Source of the DNA: Nitrospirota bacterium
GTDB lineage: Bacteria; Nitrospirota; Nitrospiria; Nitrospirales; Nitrospiraceae
NCBI GenBank assembly: GCA_963701855.1
Contig: CAVPBK010000010.1
Span: 1 to 64,000, forward strand
Direction of reading: 5' to 3'
DNA: 64,000 bases
Below, piece by piece: positions 20,793 to 30,338 of the stretch. Position 1 is the first letter of the stretch, and each line of letters begins with the position of its first letter. The notes below the pieces were generated by a model. That model was not told where the DNA came from. It made no database searches and saw nothing but the letters and a program-made list of their open reading frames with translations. The translations under genes were made by a program, and so were the position numbers.

Positions 20793-22517
20793 GTGAAAAC
20801 CCTGCTTCGAGTGCTCCAGTACCTCAGCCCGCACCGTTCCATGGTGGTCGGCACGTTCCTATTCGCCGGGTTGGCGACTGCGTTCGAATTGATTCCTCCA
20901 TGGCTGATCAAAGTCATCATCGATGACGTAATCCAGGCCGGTCAGACCGAGCTTCTCGCGTGGGTATTTCTCGCGCTTTGTGCCGCCTATGTGCTGCGAA
21001 ACCTTTGCGGGTCGATTCGGATTCGGTTGAACAATGGGTTGGAGCAGCAAGTTGTGCATGACCTGCATGTCCAGGTATTTTCCGCGCTCCAGCGATTATC
21101 GATCAGCTTCTACGAGAATCGTCCGACGGGCGAGATCATGTCGCGGGTTTTGAACGATACCGAGCACATGCAGCGCATCTTCGTCGACGGGCTCGAAGAA
21201 ATCATTACGGCCGGGCTGACGCTGGTCGGGATCATGATCATGCTGTTCATGCTCAATTGGAAACTGGCGTTCTTGGCGCTCGTCCCCATTCCCTTCTTAG
21301 TGGTGGGAGCGGCGCTGTTCACCAAACGTGTCCATGGGCACTATCGCGCGATTCGAAAAGGGGCAGCCGAGCTGAACGCTCTCTTGCAAGACATGCTGGC
21401 AGGCATTCGGGAGACGATGGGGTTCAATCGCCAGCCCTACGAGCAGGGGCGATTTGACCGAAAGAGCGATCGTTGCAGGCAGGATACCTTGAAGGCCATG
21501 TATCTCTGGTCCTACTACTCCCCAGGCATGATGCTGATCGGGAGTCTTGGCGGGGCCATGGTGCTCTGGTTCGGTACGGCCGAAGTCTTGCAGCATCGTC
21601 TTTCCGTGGGTGAACTCGTAATGTTCATCTCGTACCTTGCGCTCTTCTATGTGCCGATCAACCAGATTCACTCCGTCAATCACATGCTGCAGCATGCCTT
21701 GGCCGCAAGCGAACGAGTGTTCGAAGTACTGGATCTTGTTCCAGAGGTCAAGGACCGGTCAGACGCGCACCTGCCAGTCACTCGATTGCGGGGAGAGGTC
21801 GCCTTTCATCGTGTCGGGTTTCACTATCGTGTGGATGCGCCGATCTTGACCAACGTCACGATATCGGTCTGTGCAGGAGAGCGCGTCGCGCTGGTCGGTC
21901 CGAGCGGAGCGGGAAAGAGCACCACACTCAAATTGCTGATGCGTTTTTATGATGTAACGCAGGGAGCCATCACCATCGATGGGTACGATATCCGCGAGCT
22001 GCCGTTAGCCTTTCTTCGAAGTCAGATTGGCTTGGTCCAGCAAGAGCCCTTCTTGTTCAATGGCACGGTGCGAGAGAATATTCTGTATGGTGATCTCTTG
22101 GCTGGACAGGACGAGGTCGAGGCGGCGGCGAAAGTGGCTCGGGCGCATGACTTCATTATGGCTCTTCCAGATGGGTACGATACTTGGATCGGAGAGCGCG
22201 GCGTCAAGCTCTCCGTCGGGCAGCGGCAACGTGTGTCGATCGCCCGTGTGATTCTGAAGGACCCTCCCATCGTCATGTTCGATGAGGCTACATCCAATAT
22301 CGACACAGAGACCGAAGTGAAGATTCGGGAGGCGCTGGACGATCTTACCAAAGGGCGGACGACCATCATCATTGCCCATCGCCTCTCCACTATCCATGGC
22401 GTCGATCGAATCATTGTCCTGGACCATGGGCGTGTCGTCGAAGACGGAACCCACGAAAAGTTGATTGGGCATGAGGGAGTGTATGCACGGTTATACGACG
22501 CCCAATTCCAGGTGTAG
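20793..22517 (+). CDS. ABC exporter, fused permease/ATP-binding
   Basis: TM domain, GPSGAGKS, LSVGQRQR, FDEATS. Confidence 0.92.
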   Translation: MKTLLRVLQYLSPHRSMVVGTFLFAGLATAFELIPPWLIKVIIDDVIQAGQTELLAWVFLALCAAYVLRNLCGSIRIRLNNGLEQQVVHDLHVQVFSALQRLSISFYENRPTGEIMSRVLNDTEHMQRIFVDGLEEIITAGLTLVGIMIMLFMLNWKLAFLALVPIPFLVVGAALFTKRVHGHYRAIRKGAAELNALLQDMLAGIRETMGFNRQPYEQGRFDRKSDRCRQDTLKAMYLWSYYSPGMMLIGSLGGAMVLWFGTAEVLQHRLSVGELVMFISYLALFYVPINQIHSVNHMLQHALAASERVFEVLDLVPEVKDRSDAHLPVTRLRGEVAFHRVGFHYRVDAPILTNVTISVCAGERVALVGPSGAGKSTTLKLLMRFYDVTQGAITIDGYDIRELPLAFLRSQIGLVQQEPFLFNGTVRENILYGDLLAGQDEVEAAAKVARAHDFIMALPDGYDTWIGERGVKLSVGQRQRVSIARVILKDPPIVMFDEATSNIDTETEVKIREALDDLTKGRTTIIIAHRLSTIHGVDRIIVLDHGRVVEDGTHEKLIGHEGVYARLYDAQFQV

Positions 22518-22519
22518 CG

Positions 22520-22778
22520 GCAAGATGCTGAAAAGGGGGTGGGGTAGCTGGGACGATCCCCGTGCTCGCGCAACGCGTGGCTTGAGAAAGCCCTCGTTGG
22601 ACGCGCGCAGTTGGGATCATCCCAGCCACCCATTATAAGGTAAGAATTCGCTGCGGCCTTGCTTTGGGACAAGGCGCGGCCCTGAGTAAAGGGGCTGTCT
22701 TGGTAGACTCAGGGCGGGAGGGTGAAATAGTTGCCAGGGTTGGGCGGGTGAGAAGTCTGGCCTTTCTGAGCATCCTGC
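22520..22778. mobile_element. MITE-like element (family A) with a nested family C motif
   Basis: GATGCTGAAAA...TTTCTGAGCATC ends; CTCGTTGGACGCGCGCAGT inside. Confidence 0.65.
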
Positions 22779-22853
22779 TGACAAATGCCTGACCGTTGCG
22801 GATGTATCTGATCCACCGGTATACTCAGATTTATTCGTTGGGAGAGTCGCCTG

Positions 22854-23048
22854 ATGGTGCTGATATATGAAAGCGATCCTTTAGATGACGAAGACGCGCG
22901 CGGGCGGTTTTATCATGTCTGCCGTGGGCGAATCGATCGGACGGAAATCCAACTTCCGGCGGACGCGAAGGTCTACGAGTGTGCTGTGTGCGGCATCGAC
23001 CTCGAAGCTGAAGATTTTTGGCTGGCGCGGCAGAAAGGGTCGGTTTAG
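22854..23048 (+). CDS. small zinc-ribbon-like protein
   Basis: HVC...CAVC; GGAGA RBS. Confidence 0.55.
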   Translation: MVLIYESDPLDDEDARGRFYHVCRGRIDRTEIQLPADAKVYECAVCGIDLEAEDFWLARQKGSV

Positions 23049-23115
23049 GAGTCTTCAGAAAAACTGTTGTGGCACAGTGAAAATTCGATGGTCCCCATTT
23101 ATAGGACAATGCCAC

Positions 23116-23240
23116 GCAGGGTGCTCAAAAAGGCCGTTCAGCGCGGTCGCAGCGAGCGCAGAGGCGAGGCGTACCCTTGTGGTACGTTGAGTCTCTAAGC
23201 GATGCGAGAACAAAGCTGGCGGACTTTTTCAGCATCCTGC
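23116..23240. mobile_element. MITE-like element (family A)
   Basis: GCAGGGTGCTCAAAAA...TTTTTCAGCATCCTGC. Confidence 0.75.
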
Positions 23241-23251
23241 TAGGAGACATC

Positions 23252-23461
23252 ATGGCTGGGAGCACCGGAAGAAGGACCGTAGGCGTATCGCGTGGGCTGA
23301 TGATGCTCTGCGAAACCTGCTACGCCCAGGTGATGGCCGATAAACTCACCGACGAGAAGAATTTTGTCGCGGATGCCGAGACCCTCTTCGATACCATCTG
23401 CTTCGGTTGCACCGACATCAACAGGCCTCTTATCGACGACATGGCTGGTAGTGGAGAGTGA
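23252..23461 (+). CDS. small CxxC...CxxC protein
   Basis: CETC and CFGC; AGGAG RBS. Confidence 0.6.
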   Translation: MAGSTGRRTVGVSRGLMMLCETCYAQVMADKLTDEKNFVADAETLFDTICFGCTDINRPLIDDMAGSGE

Positions 23462-23584
23462 GGATGTTGAAAAATCCTGCCAGCTTTGTTCTCGCATCGT
23501 TCAGATCCTCAACGTACCCCAGAGGCTACGCCTCCGGTGCTTCCATCGGCTGCGGCCTCGCTGAACGGGCTTTTTGAACATCCT
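23461..23584. mobile_element. MITE-like element (family A, opposite orientation to 23116-23240)
   Basis: AGGATGTTGAAAAA...TTTTTGAACATCCT; internal sequence resembles the reverse complement of the previous copy. Confidence 0.75.
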
Positions 23585-23614
23585 CATTTTACACCCTCAT
23601 TAGTTATAATCGCG

Positions 23615-23890
23615 ATGAATAAAGACGAAGCGAAGGCGATTCTCTCTGATCAATTGAAGTCTTTTACGAATCGCTCCTATTCCGAACTTGCCGCTTTCAT
23701 TGATAAGCCTGTCGATGTCGAGATCGCGGGTCCTTCTGGCACGAAGTATGGGATCGAGATTAACGTTTTCTTCGATAGTAAACCAGGTGGGGACTTACGT
23801 ATCATTGGTTCTATCGATGACGGTGGATGGAGAGCGGTTGTTCCACTATCCGATACTTTGATTATGAAGCCGGATGGAAATCTGGTGTAA
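23615..23890 (+). CDS. hypothetical protein
   Basis: Globular 91-aa ORF with lower GC. Confidence 0.6.
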   Translation: MNKDEAKAILSDQLKSFTNRSYSELAAFIDKPVDVEIAGPSGTKYGIEINVFFDSKPGGDLRIIGSIDDGGWRAVVPLSDTLIMKPDGNLV

Positions 23891-24070
23891 CCACCCGCGT
23901 GCGGAAACAAAGGGGGCGACAAAGAGGGACATTTTATCGAGCGACTGCGAAGGATTTACAGAAATAAAACTGAATGTTTCTATAAATTCCCCCGCGGTGG
24001 CCGCTAATTGCCACATAATTACCCGTTGCCGGATTTAATATTTGGTGGGGGAGAAGGAAGAACAGCAAAT

Positions 24071-24367
24071 ATGAGCCAGATCAGAATTTTTAGAATGATC
24101 GCGTTAGCTGAAGGCAGCTCATTTCTTACCTTGTTATGCATTGCGATGCCGATGAAGTACTTCATGGGGATGCCGGAGGTCGTGAGAGTAGTGGGTTCAA
24201 TACACGGAGGATTGTTTGTGCTCTATGTCGGCCTGTTGGCCGTGATACATTTTAGACAACGATGGTCTTTCATGTTCTCACTGTATGCATTTGTTGCGTC
24301 TATTATTCCGTTTGGAACATTTGTGTTGGACAAACAACTTCGTGAGAAAGAGGTAGTCACGAACTGA
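24071..24367 (+). CDS. DUF3817-like membrane protein
   Basis: FRMIALAEGSS...GSIHGGLF...SIIPFGTF. Confidence 0.8.
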   Translation: MSQIRIFRMIALAEGSSFLTLLCIAMPMKYFMGMPEVVRVVGSIHGGLFVLYVGLLAVIHFRQRWSFMFSLYAFVASIIPFGTFVLDKQLREKEVVTN

Positions 24368-24384
24368 TCAGGAATGAAAATTCT

Positions 24385-24723
24385 TTACTTGCAGGTTTTT
24401 CCATCGAAGTACTTGCAGCTGGTTTCCCCGGATTTCACTTTCCAGGTTTTCAGCAGGGGCGCTTGCTCGTTCCCTCTCATCTCGACGATGAAATCCACGA
24501 GGCCTGAGACCGGGAGTTTCTCAATGTGCGGTTTGGCCGCGTCTGGAGCATCGATCCAAAAAACGGATCCAAAGGTGGAAATCAAGACTCGGTGGTTCTC
24601 CATATCGACTTGAATGACGGGACTGTAGAAACTTTTATCTTCGGCAACGCTAGGGGACGCGAGTAACCAGAGGAAGAAAAAACTGAAAAAGACGGCGGGA
24701 AGAGTTGTACGCATGAATGACAT
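24385..24723 (-). CDS. exported hypothetical protein
   Basis: Signal peptide ending SVA; C-terminal Cys pair. Confidence 0.65.
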   Translation of the reverse strand: MSFMRTTLPAVFFSFFFLWLLASPSVAEDKSFYSPVIQVDMENHRVLISTFGSVFWIDAPDAAKPHIEKLPVSGLVDFIVEMRGNEQAPLLKTWKVKSGETSCKYFDGKTCK

Positions 24724-24806
24724 GACGAGCCCTCTTTCTTACGAAAGAAATAACGCAGTCATTATCGCACCGAGGCCAAGGGGAAACAATTCAGAAAGTA
24801 CCACAG

Positions 24807-24886
24807 GGTCTGTCTGGTCTGTTCAGTCTGTCTGGTTCATCTGGTTCAACCTGATAGACGAGACAGACCAGATCACCAGATAGACC
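24807..24886. repeat. palindromic 9-bp-unit repeat (family D)
   Basis: TCTGTCTGG units inverted around GGTTCAACC. Confidence 0.7.
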
Positions 24887-24890
24887 GTAC

Positions 24891-25421
24891 TTAGGCAAGC
24901 GTCGTGATGTGCGTCGGCGTGACCGTCCCACCCTTGATCCAGTATCCTCGAATATCCGGCTTCGATTTCTCCATGAGGGAGATGAGCAGGTAGGCAGGGA
25001 TGGGCAGATTGATCTTTGGCCAGATTTCTTCATAGTCGGTGGCAATCTTGATGTCGGTGATGGAGGGGCGCGCTGGGTCGTGGGGATGGGAGTGGTAGAC
25101 TACTTGCAAGTCGAGACCTTTATTTCGAATATCCTTCTTTGCAACGGAAAAGTCCTGCATATCCATCACGAAGGCGATCTCGGCGCGCTCTGCCGGCGAC
25201 AGTCGTTCCAGATGCGCAATCTTGGCCGGGTCAAAGGAAGACAATTTCTCGGCTCCTTCGAGCGCCACGATATTTTTGATCCGATAGACATGGGTGACGG
25301 TTCTATTGGTTCCGGCCAGGAGTCCACAACACTCGTAGGGATCGAGTTCCCTGGCGTGGGCCACCATGTCGTCGAGGATTGATTGAGGGATGATGAGATC
25401 AGACACGGCTATATGGTGCAA
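24891..25421 (-). CDS. mec: JAB/Mov34 metalloprotease (Mec-like)
   Basis: ECCG and YHSHPHDPARPSITD JAMM motif. Confidence 0.85.
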   Translation of the reverse strand: MHHIAVSDLIIPQSILDDMVAHARELDPYECCGLLAGTNRTVTHVYRIKNIVALEGAEKLSSFDPAKIAHLERLSPAERAEIAFVMDMQDFSVAKKDIRNKGLDLQVVYHSHPHDPARPSITDIKIATDYEEIWPKINLPIPAYLLISLMEKSKPDIRGYWIKGGTVTPTHITTLA

Positions 25422-26212
25422 GTAACGGTGTAATCATTCTTCAGATTGGTGATCGTCGGTGTTGGTCCACAGAGGCGGCAGACCGGATCTTTGGGACGAC
25501 GGACTTTTCTGAATTTCATCTCCAGAGCGTCATAGATCAGTAGGCGGTCGGCCAGGGTTTCGCCGATGCCGAGAATTTCCTTGATCGCTTCCGATGCTTG
25601 AAGAATGCCCATGGTGCCAGCGAGGGCTCCTAAGACACCGGCTTCTTGGCAATTCGGAACGAGTCCAGCCGGTGGTGGCTCCGGGTAGAGGCAGCGGTAG
25701 CAGGGATAGCCTGCATGGGGCTTGATCGTCGTGAGTTGGCCTTCGAAGCGGAACATGCTGGCGGAGATGAGCGTCTTCTTGGCGAAGAAGCAGGCATCGT
25801 TCACGAGAAAACGAGTCGCAAAGTTGTCGGATCCGTCCAGCACCATGTCGAACTCGGATATCAGTGGAAGAATATTGTCGCTGTCGACGTTCTGGTGATA
25901 GGTCTTGATCGTGATCTCCGGGTTGATCGCAGACAGGGTTTTTTTGCCAGACTCCACTTTTGGCAGGCCCACTGTGGCAGTAGAGTGCAGGATTTGCCGC
26001 TGCAGGTTCGAAAGATCGACGACATCGCCATCGACCAGACCGATGGTGCCGACACCGGCGGCAGCGAGATAGAGCCCGGCAGGGGAGCCGAGTCCCCCGG
26101 CGCCGATGAGCAAGACCTTCGCCTTGGTCAGCTTCATCTGGCCCTTGCCACCGACGTCGCTGAGAATAATCTGGCGGCTGTATCGTTGAATCTGTTGTTC
26201 AGTGAGTTCCAT
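25409..26212 (-). CDS. moeB: ThiF/MoeB E1-like adenylyltransferase
   Basis: GAGGLGS, SNLQRQ, CYRC, PNCQEAG, CRLC. Confidence 0.92.
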   Translation of the reverse strand: MELTEQQIQRYSRQIILSDVGGKGQMKLTKAKVLLIGAGGLGSPAGLYLAAAGVGTIGLVDGDVVDLSNLQRQILHSTATVGLPKVESGKKTLSAINPEITIKTYHQNVDSDNILPLISEFDMVLDGSDNFATRFLVNDACFFAKKTLISASMFRFEGQLTTIKPHAGYPCYRCLYPEPPPAGLVPNCQEAGVLGALAGTMGILQASEAIKEILGIGETLADRLLIYDALEMKFRKVRRPKDPVCRLCGPTPTITNLKNDYTVTCTI

Positions 26213-26300
26213 CTTGAAGACGTTCTACGTTAATCGTTACTCGTAAACCGAAAATCTACTTGTTTTTCGATTAACGATTCACGTTTAAGGGGCACCATTT

Positions 26301-26540
26301 CTACTCCACCACATTCAATTCGATTGGGTCGACGACGACGCCTTTCTTGCGAAGGCCCGCGATCGCCCGTTCGATTTCCGTGCTGTCTCCGGTCAGCTCG
26401 AGGTCCATCCACCCTGTGGTTTCACGCACGTCGGCTCGCCGGACGTTCGTGACGACCTTGAATTCGTGACCGATCTGATAGATGACCGGTTCTTTGATCT
26501 TGTCTTCTGGAAATCGAATGTGAACCTTCATGTTTGGCAT
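26301..26540 (-). CDS. stand-alone NIL domain protein
   Basis: EPVIYQIGHEFKVVTNVRRADV...GWMDLELTG. Confidence 0.8.
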   Translation of the reverse strand: MPNMKVHIRFPEDKIKEPVIYQIGHEFKVVTNVRRADVRETTGWMDLELTGDSTEIERAIAGLRKKGVVVDPIELNVVE

Positions 26541-26815
26541 GGTAAGCCTCCAGCAATAGCGGGCACAATAGAGACCTCGTTGCCATTTTTGAGCAGGGTG
26601 TCTTTGCCCTTGAGAAATCGAATATCTTCCTCGTTGACATATATGTTCACGAATCGGCGAAGCTCACCGGTTTCGTCGCAAAGGCGATCCTTAATTCCAG
26701 GGTAAGAGGCGTTCAAGGTGTCGATCATCTCGACGATCGTGTGGGCCTGTACTTCGACCTCTCCCTGCCCCTTCGTCAACGGACGGAGCGGAGTTGGAAT
26801 GCGAACTTTAATCAT
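26528..26815 (-). CDS. moaD: MoaD/CysO-like sulfur carrier with C-terminal extension
   Basis: VRIPTPLR...FVNIYVNEEDIRF...VPAIAGG followed by LPCQT. Confidence 0.88.
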   Translation of the reverse strand: MIKVRIPTPLRPLTKGQGEVEVQAHTIVEMIDTLNASYPGIKDRLCDETGELRRFVNIYVNEEDIRFLKGKDTLLKNGNEVSIVPAIAGGLPCQT

Positions 26816-28062
26816 GCGTCACCACCACCGTGTTTCCCTATCTTAAAGGTTTGCTCAAAACTGACCAGACTCGGCTGAATGCGGTGGGGCTTGCCGACGG
26901 CATCGATCACGGCTTCCTGCGTCTTTAAGCCATTGCCAGTAATATAGGCAACTGTCACGTCACTTTTCTTGATGGTGCCTTGTTTGACCAACTTCTGGAG
27001 CACGCCGATCGTCACACCGCCGGCAGTTTCTGCAAAGATCCCCTCGGTTTGTCCCAATAGCTTGATCCCTTCCACGACTTCATCGTCCGAGACCATGTCC
27101 ATGGAGCCCTTGCTCTCGGCGGTCGCTTTGAGGGCGTAGTACCCGTCGGCAGGATTGCCAATGGCCAGCGATTTGGCGATCGTCTTGGGTTTCACCGGCT
27201 TGAAGAAGTCCCGCCCTGACTTGAAGGCTGTGGAAATAGGGGAGCAGCCCTCGGCTTGTGCCCCGTTAATTTTCGTCCGCACGTCATCGACAAGACCCAA
27301 GTTTTTCATTTCATGGAGGCCCTTCCAGATCTTGGTCAGGAGCGAGCCAGACGCCATCGGGATGACCACTTGGTCCGGCGTGCGCCAGCCAAGTTGCTCC
27401 ACGGTTTCAAACGCCAGCGTCTTCGAGCCCTCCGCATAGTAGGGGCGAATGTTGATATTCACAAAGGCCCAGGCATGTTCTCCTGCGATCTCGCTGCAGA
27501 GACGATTGACGTCGTCGTAATTGCCTTCGACCTCGACGACGTTTGGCTTATAGATCAAATTCCCAAGAACTTTGGCGGCTTCCAAATCGCCTGGAATGAA
27601 GACGTAGGCGCGCATTCCTGCGGCAGCCGCGTGGGCGGCGACGGAATTGGCCAGATTGCCGGTTGAGGCGCAGGCAATGGTTTCAAATCCCAATTCGCGA
27701 GCCCTGGTGATGGCCACGGCCACGACCCGATCTTTGAACGAGAGCGTGGGATGGTTCACCGTATCGTTCTTGATATACAGCTCGTCCAATCCGAGGTAGG
27801 CGCCGAGGTTCTTGGCGCGCACCAGTGGAGTCATCCCGGCATGCGTGCCGAGAAAAGTCGGCCCTTCCACCGGCAGAAGATCGGCATAGCGCCAGATACT
27901 GTGTGGACCGTCCTGGATCTTCTTGCGGGAAATGCGCTTCTTGATCTCCTCGTAGTTGTACTTCACTTCGAGGGGGCCAAAGCACATCTCGCAGACATGG
28001 ATCGCCTTCGTCGGATATTCTTTTCCGCACTCGCGACAGACTAGGGCTTTCATTGTGGCCAT
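26812..28062 (-). CDS. thrC: threonine synthase-like PLP enzyme
   Basis: N-terminal CRECG/CEMC; PTLSFKDR; ASTGN; TGNGLK. Confidence 0.88.
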   Translation of the reverse strand: MATMKALVCRECGKEYPTKAIHVCEMCFGPLEVKYNYEEIKKRISRKKIQDGPHSIWRYADLLPVEGPTFLGTHAGMTPLVRAKNLGAYLGLDELYIKNDTVNHPTLSFKDRVVAVAITRARELGFETIACASTGNLANSVAAHAAAAGMRAYVFIPGDLEAAKVLGNLIYKPNVVEVEGNYDDVNRLCSEIAGEHAWAFVNINIRPYYAEGSKTLAFETVEQLGWRTPDQVVIPMASGSLLTKIWKGLHEMKNLGLVDDVRTKINGAQAEGCSPISTAFKSGRDFFKPVKPKTIAKSLAIGNPADGYYALKATAESKGSMDMVSDDEVVEGIKLLGQTEGIFAETAGGVTIGVLQKLVKQGTIKKSDVTVAYITGNGLKTQEAVIDAVGKPHRIQPSLVSFEQTFKIGKHGGGDA

Positions 28063-28092
28063 GGCGATTCCACCTTGCTCTGTCAATAATAA

Positions 28093-28905
28093 TTATGGCC
28101 GGACGGCACAGCCGGCAAACGGATCACCGTCATCGAACACTTCAGTAATCGTCGGGTGCGTTCCGCACAGCGCGCAGTCAGGATTGCGTTTCACTTTGAT
28201 TTCTCTGAACTGCGTCTTGCGTGCATCGAAATCCAGGAACCGGTTCGTGAGAGGATGACCGATTCCCAGAATGAGTTTCAATGCCTCAGTCGCTTGAATC
28301 GTTCCAATGATGCCGGCTAATACGCCGATCACGCCCGCCTCCTGACAGGAGGCAACCAGCCCGGCCGGCGGCGGAGTCTTGAAGACGCAACGATAACAGG
28401 CCGACTGCTTTGGCACAATGGTCGTCACGCGCCCATCGAAGCGGAGGATGCCGCCGTGGACCAAGGGTTTTCCGGCAAAGAAACAGGCGTCGTTGATTAA
28501 GAATTTGGCCGTGAAGTTATCGACTCCGTCGATGATAACGTCGTACCCGCTGACGATCTTTAGGGCATTGCCGGCTGTCAGCCGCTCTTCGTACGTCGAG
28601 ACCTGGACATCGGGGTTCAATGCCTGAATCTTTTCTTTACCCGAGAGGACTTTGGGGCGGCCCACGTCCGATGTATGGTGCAGAATTTGCCGGTGAAGAT
28701 TGGTCAGGTCCACTACATCGCTATCGATGAGGCCAATGGTACCGATACCGGCTGCGGCCAAATAGAGCGCCGCCGGTGAACCAAGGCCTCCCGCGCCGAC
28801 CAGGAGAATCTTGGCCTTGGCGATCTTCTTTTGCCCCTTACCGCCGACTTCCGGCAAAAGAATATGCCGGCTGTAGCGGGATATCTGATCGTCAGTAAAT
28901 TCCAT
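28093..28905 (-). CDS. moeB: second ThiF/MoeB E1-like adenylyltransferase
   Basis: GAGGLGS, TNLHRQ, CYRC, ASCQEAG, CALC. Confidence 0.92.
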   Translation of the reverse strand: MEFTDDQISRYSRHILLPEVGGKGQKKIAKAKILLVGAGGLGSPAALYLAAAGIGTIGLIDSDVVDLTNLHRQILHHTSDVGRPKVLSGKEKIQALNPDVQVSTYEERLTAGNALKIVSGYDVIIDGVDNFTAKFLINDACFFAGKPLVHGGILRFDGRVTTIVPKQSACYRCVFKTPPPAGLVASCQEAGVIGVLAGIIGTIQATEALKLILGIGHPLTNRFLDFDARKTQFREIKVKRNPDCALCGTHPTITEVFDDGDPFAGCAVRP

Positions 28906-28912
28906 GTTTGCC

Positions 28913-29035
28913 GGGATGCTGAAAACGGCCTCCAGCTTCGTTCTCGGTTCGAAGAAATCCTCAACGTACCCCAGAGGGTACGCCTCCGGTTTCTTCTCGC
29001 CTGCGGCCTTGTTGGCCGGCCATTTTGAGCATCCC
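28913..29035. mobile_element. MITE-like element (family A)
   Basis: GGGATGCTGAAAA...TTTTGAGCATCCC. Confidence 0.75.
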
Positions 29036-29061
29036 TCCTCGATTAATTCATGAAAGAGAGC

Positions 29062-29991
29062 TTAAATATTAAAATACTTTTCGATGCTGATATATCGCTC
29101 ACCGGTGTCGCAGAGGATGGTCACCACGTTTTTTCCTGGTCCAAGTTCCTGGGCCACTTTCTGTGCGGCGAACACGTTGGCTCCGGCGGATATGCCAACC
29201 AGGAGGCCTTCTCTTTTTGAGAGCTGCTTGGCCGTTTGATAGGCCTCGTCGTCGGTCACGGTCATCACACGATCGAGAATGGCCCGGTTCAACACTTTCG
29301 GGATGAACCCCGCGCCGATGCCTTGAATTTTATGGGGTCCAGGCTCTCCACCGGATAAGACCGGCGATCCGGCCGGTTCAACCGCAATTACTTGCACCTC
29401 GGGATTCCGTTCCTTGAACAGTTCCCCGCATCCGGTAATGGTGCCGCCCGTGCCGACAGCCGCGACAAACGCATCGATCTTTCCATCGAGCGACTCGAGA
29501 ATTTCGATCGCCGTGGTCTTTTTATGCATGGCCGGATTGGCCGGGTTTGAAAACTGATTCGGCATAAAGTACGACGGATTCTGCGCGATGATGCTTTCCG
29601 ATTCGCGGATCGAACCCTTCATGCCTTCCCAGGCCGGCGTCAACACAAGCTGTGCGCCATAGGACGACAAGAGACTCGCCCGCTCCATGCTCATGCTCTC
29701 CGGCATCACGAGAATCAGCTTATAACCACGGACGGCGGCGACTAATGCCAATCCGATTCCTGTGTTTCCACTGGTCGGTTCAACGATCGTGCCGCCCGGC
29801 TTTAATGCGCCCAGTCGTTCCGCTTCGTCGATCATATTGAGGCAGATCCGATCCTTGACACTTCCACCTGGATTAAAAAACTCGACTTTTCCATAGATCG
29901 TCGCCCCGCCTATTGGAGATAACCGGTTTAGACGTACAAGGGGAGTTCGTCCAATCAGTTCGGTAATGTCTTTGTGCAAGGTCATCGTCAC
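29062..29991 (-). CDS. cysK: cysteine synthase
   Basis: PGGSVKDR, EPTSGNTG, GTGGT, HKIQGIG. Confidence 0.93.
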   Translation of the reverse strand: MTMTLHKDITELIGRTPLVRLNRLSPIGGATIYGKVEFFNPGGSVKDRICLNMIDEAERLGALKPGGTIVEPTSGNTGIGLALVAAVRGYKLILVMPESMSMERASLLSSYGAQLVLTPAWEGMKGSIRESESIIAQNPSYFMPNQFSNPANPAMHKKTTAIEILESLDGKIDAFVAAVGTGGTITGCGELFKERNPEVQVIAVEPAGSPVLSGGEPGPHKIQGIGAGFIPKVLNRAILDRVMTVTDDEAYQTAKQLSKREGLLVGISAGANVFAAQKVAQELGPGKNVVTILCDTGERYISIEKYFNI

Positions 29992-30188
29992 CGGCCACCT
30001 CCCATATAAAACAAGAACTCAACCCGATCGCCGTCGCTTAGGCTGGTGGTGGCGAGGTGATTTCGGTCCAACATGGTGTCGTTGACCTCAACTGCAACCA
30101 TTTGCGGTTCAATCTTTTTAGCCTGGAGAAGATCAAGGATCGTTCCCCCTGAAACCTCTTCTGCCTTGCCATTGATTTTGACCTGCAT
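29988..30188 (-). CDS. thiS: ThiS-like sulfur carrier
   Basis: MQVKING...VAVEVN...FLFYMGGGR. Confidence 0.88.
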   Translation of the reverse strand: MQVKINGKAEEVSGGTILDLLQAKKIEPQMVAVEVNDTMLDRNHLATTSLSDGDRVEFLFYMGGGR

Positions 30189-30338
30189 GAAGACTCCTAA
30201 GATGGCCTAGAGATTAAACAATTTCAACACGTTATCAAAGCAACTTCGCCAATGTCAAGGCAGCAAAACCGGCTGCCTCGTGGCTTGACTTTGTCCGCGA
30301 TCCATCGCCACTATGCCATCTTTTGGATGAACGATAAC

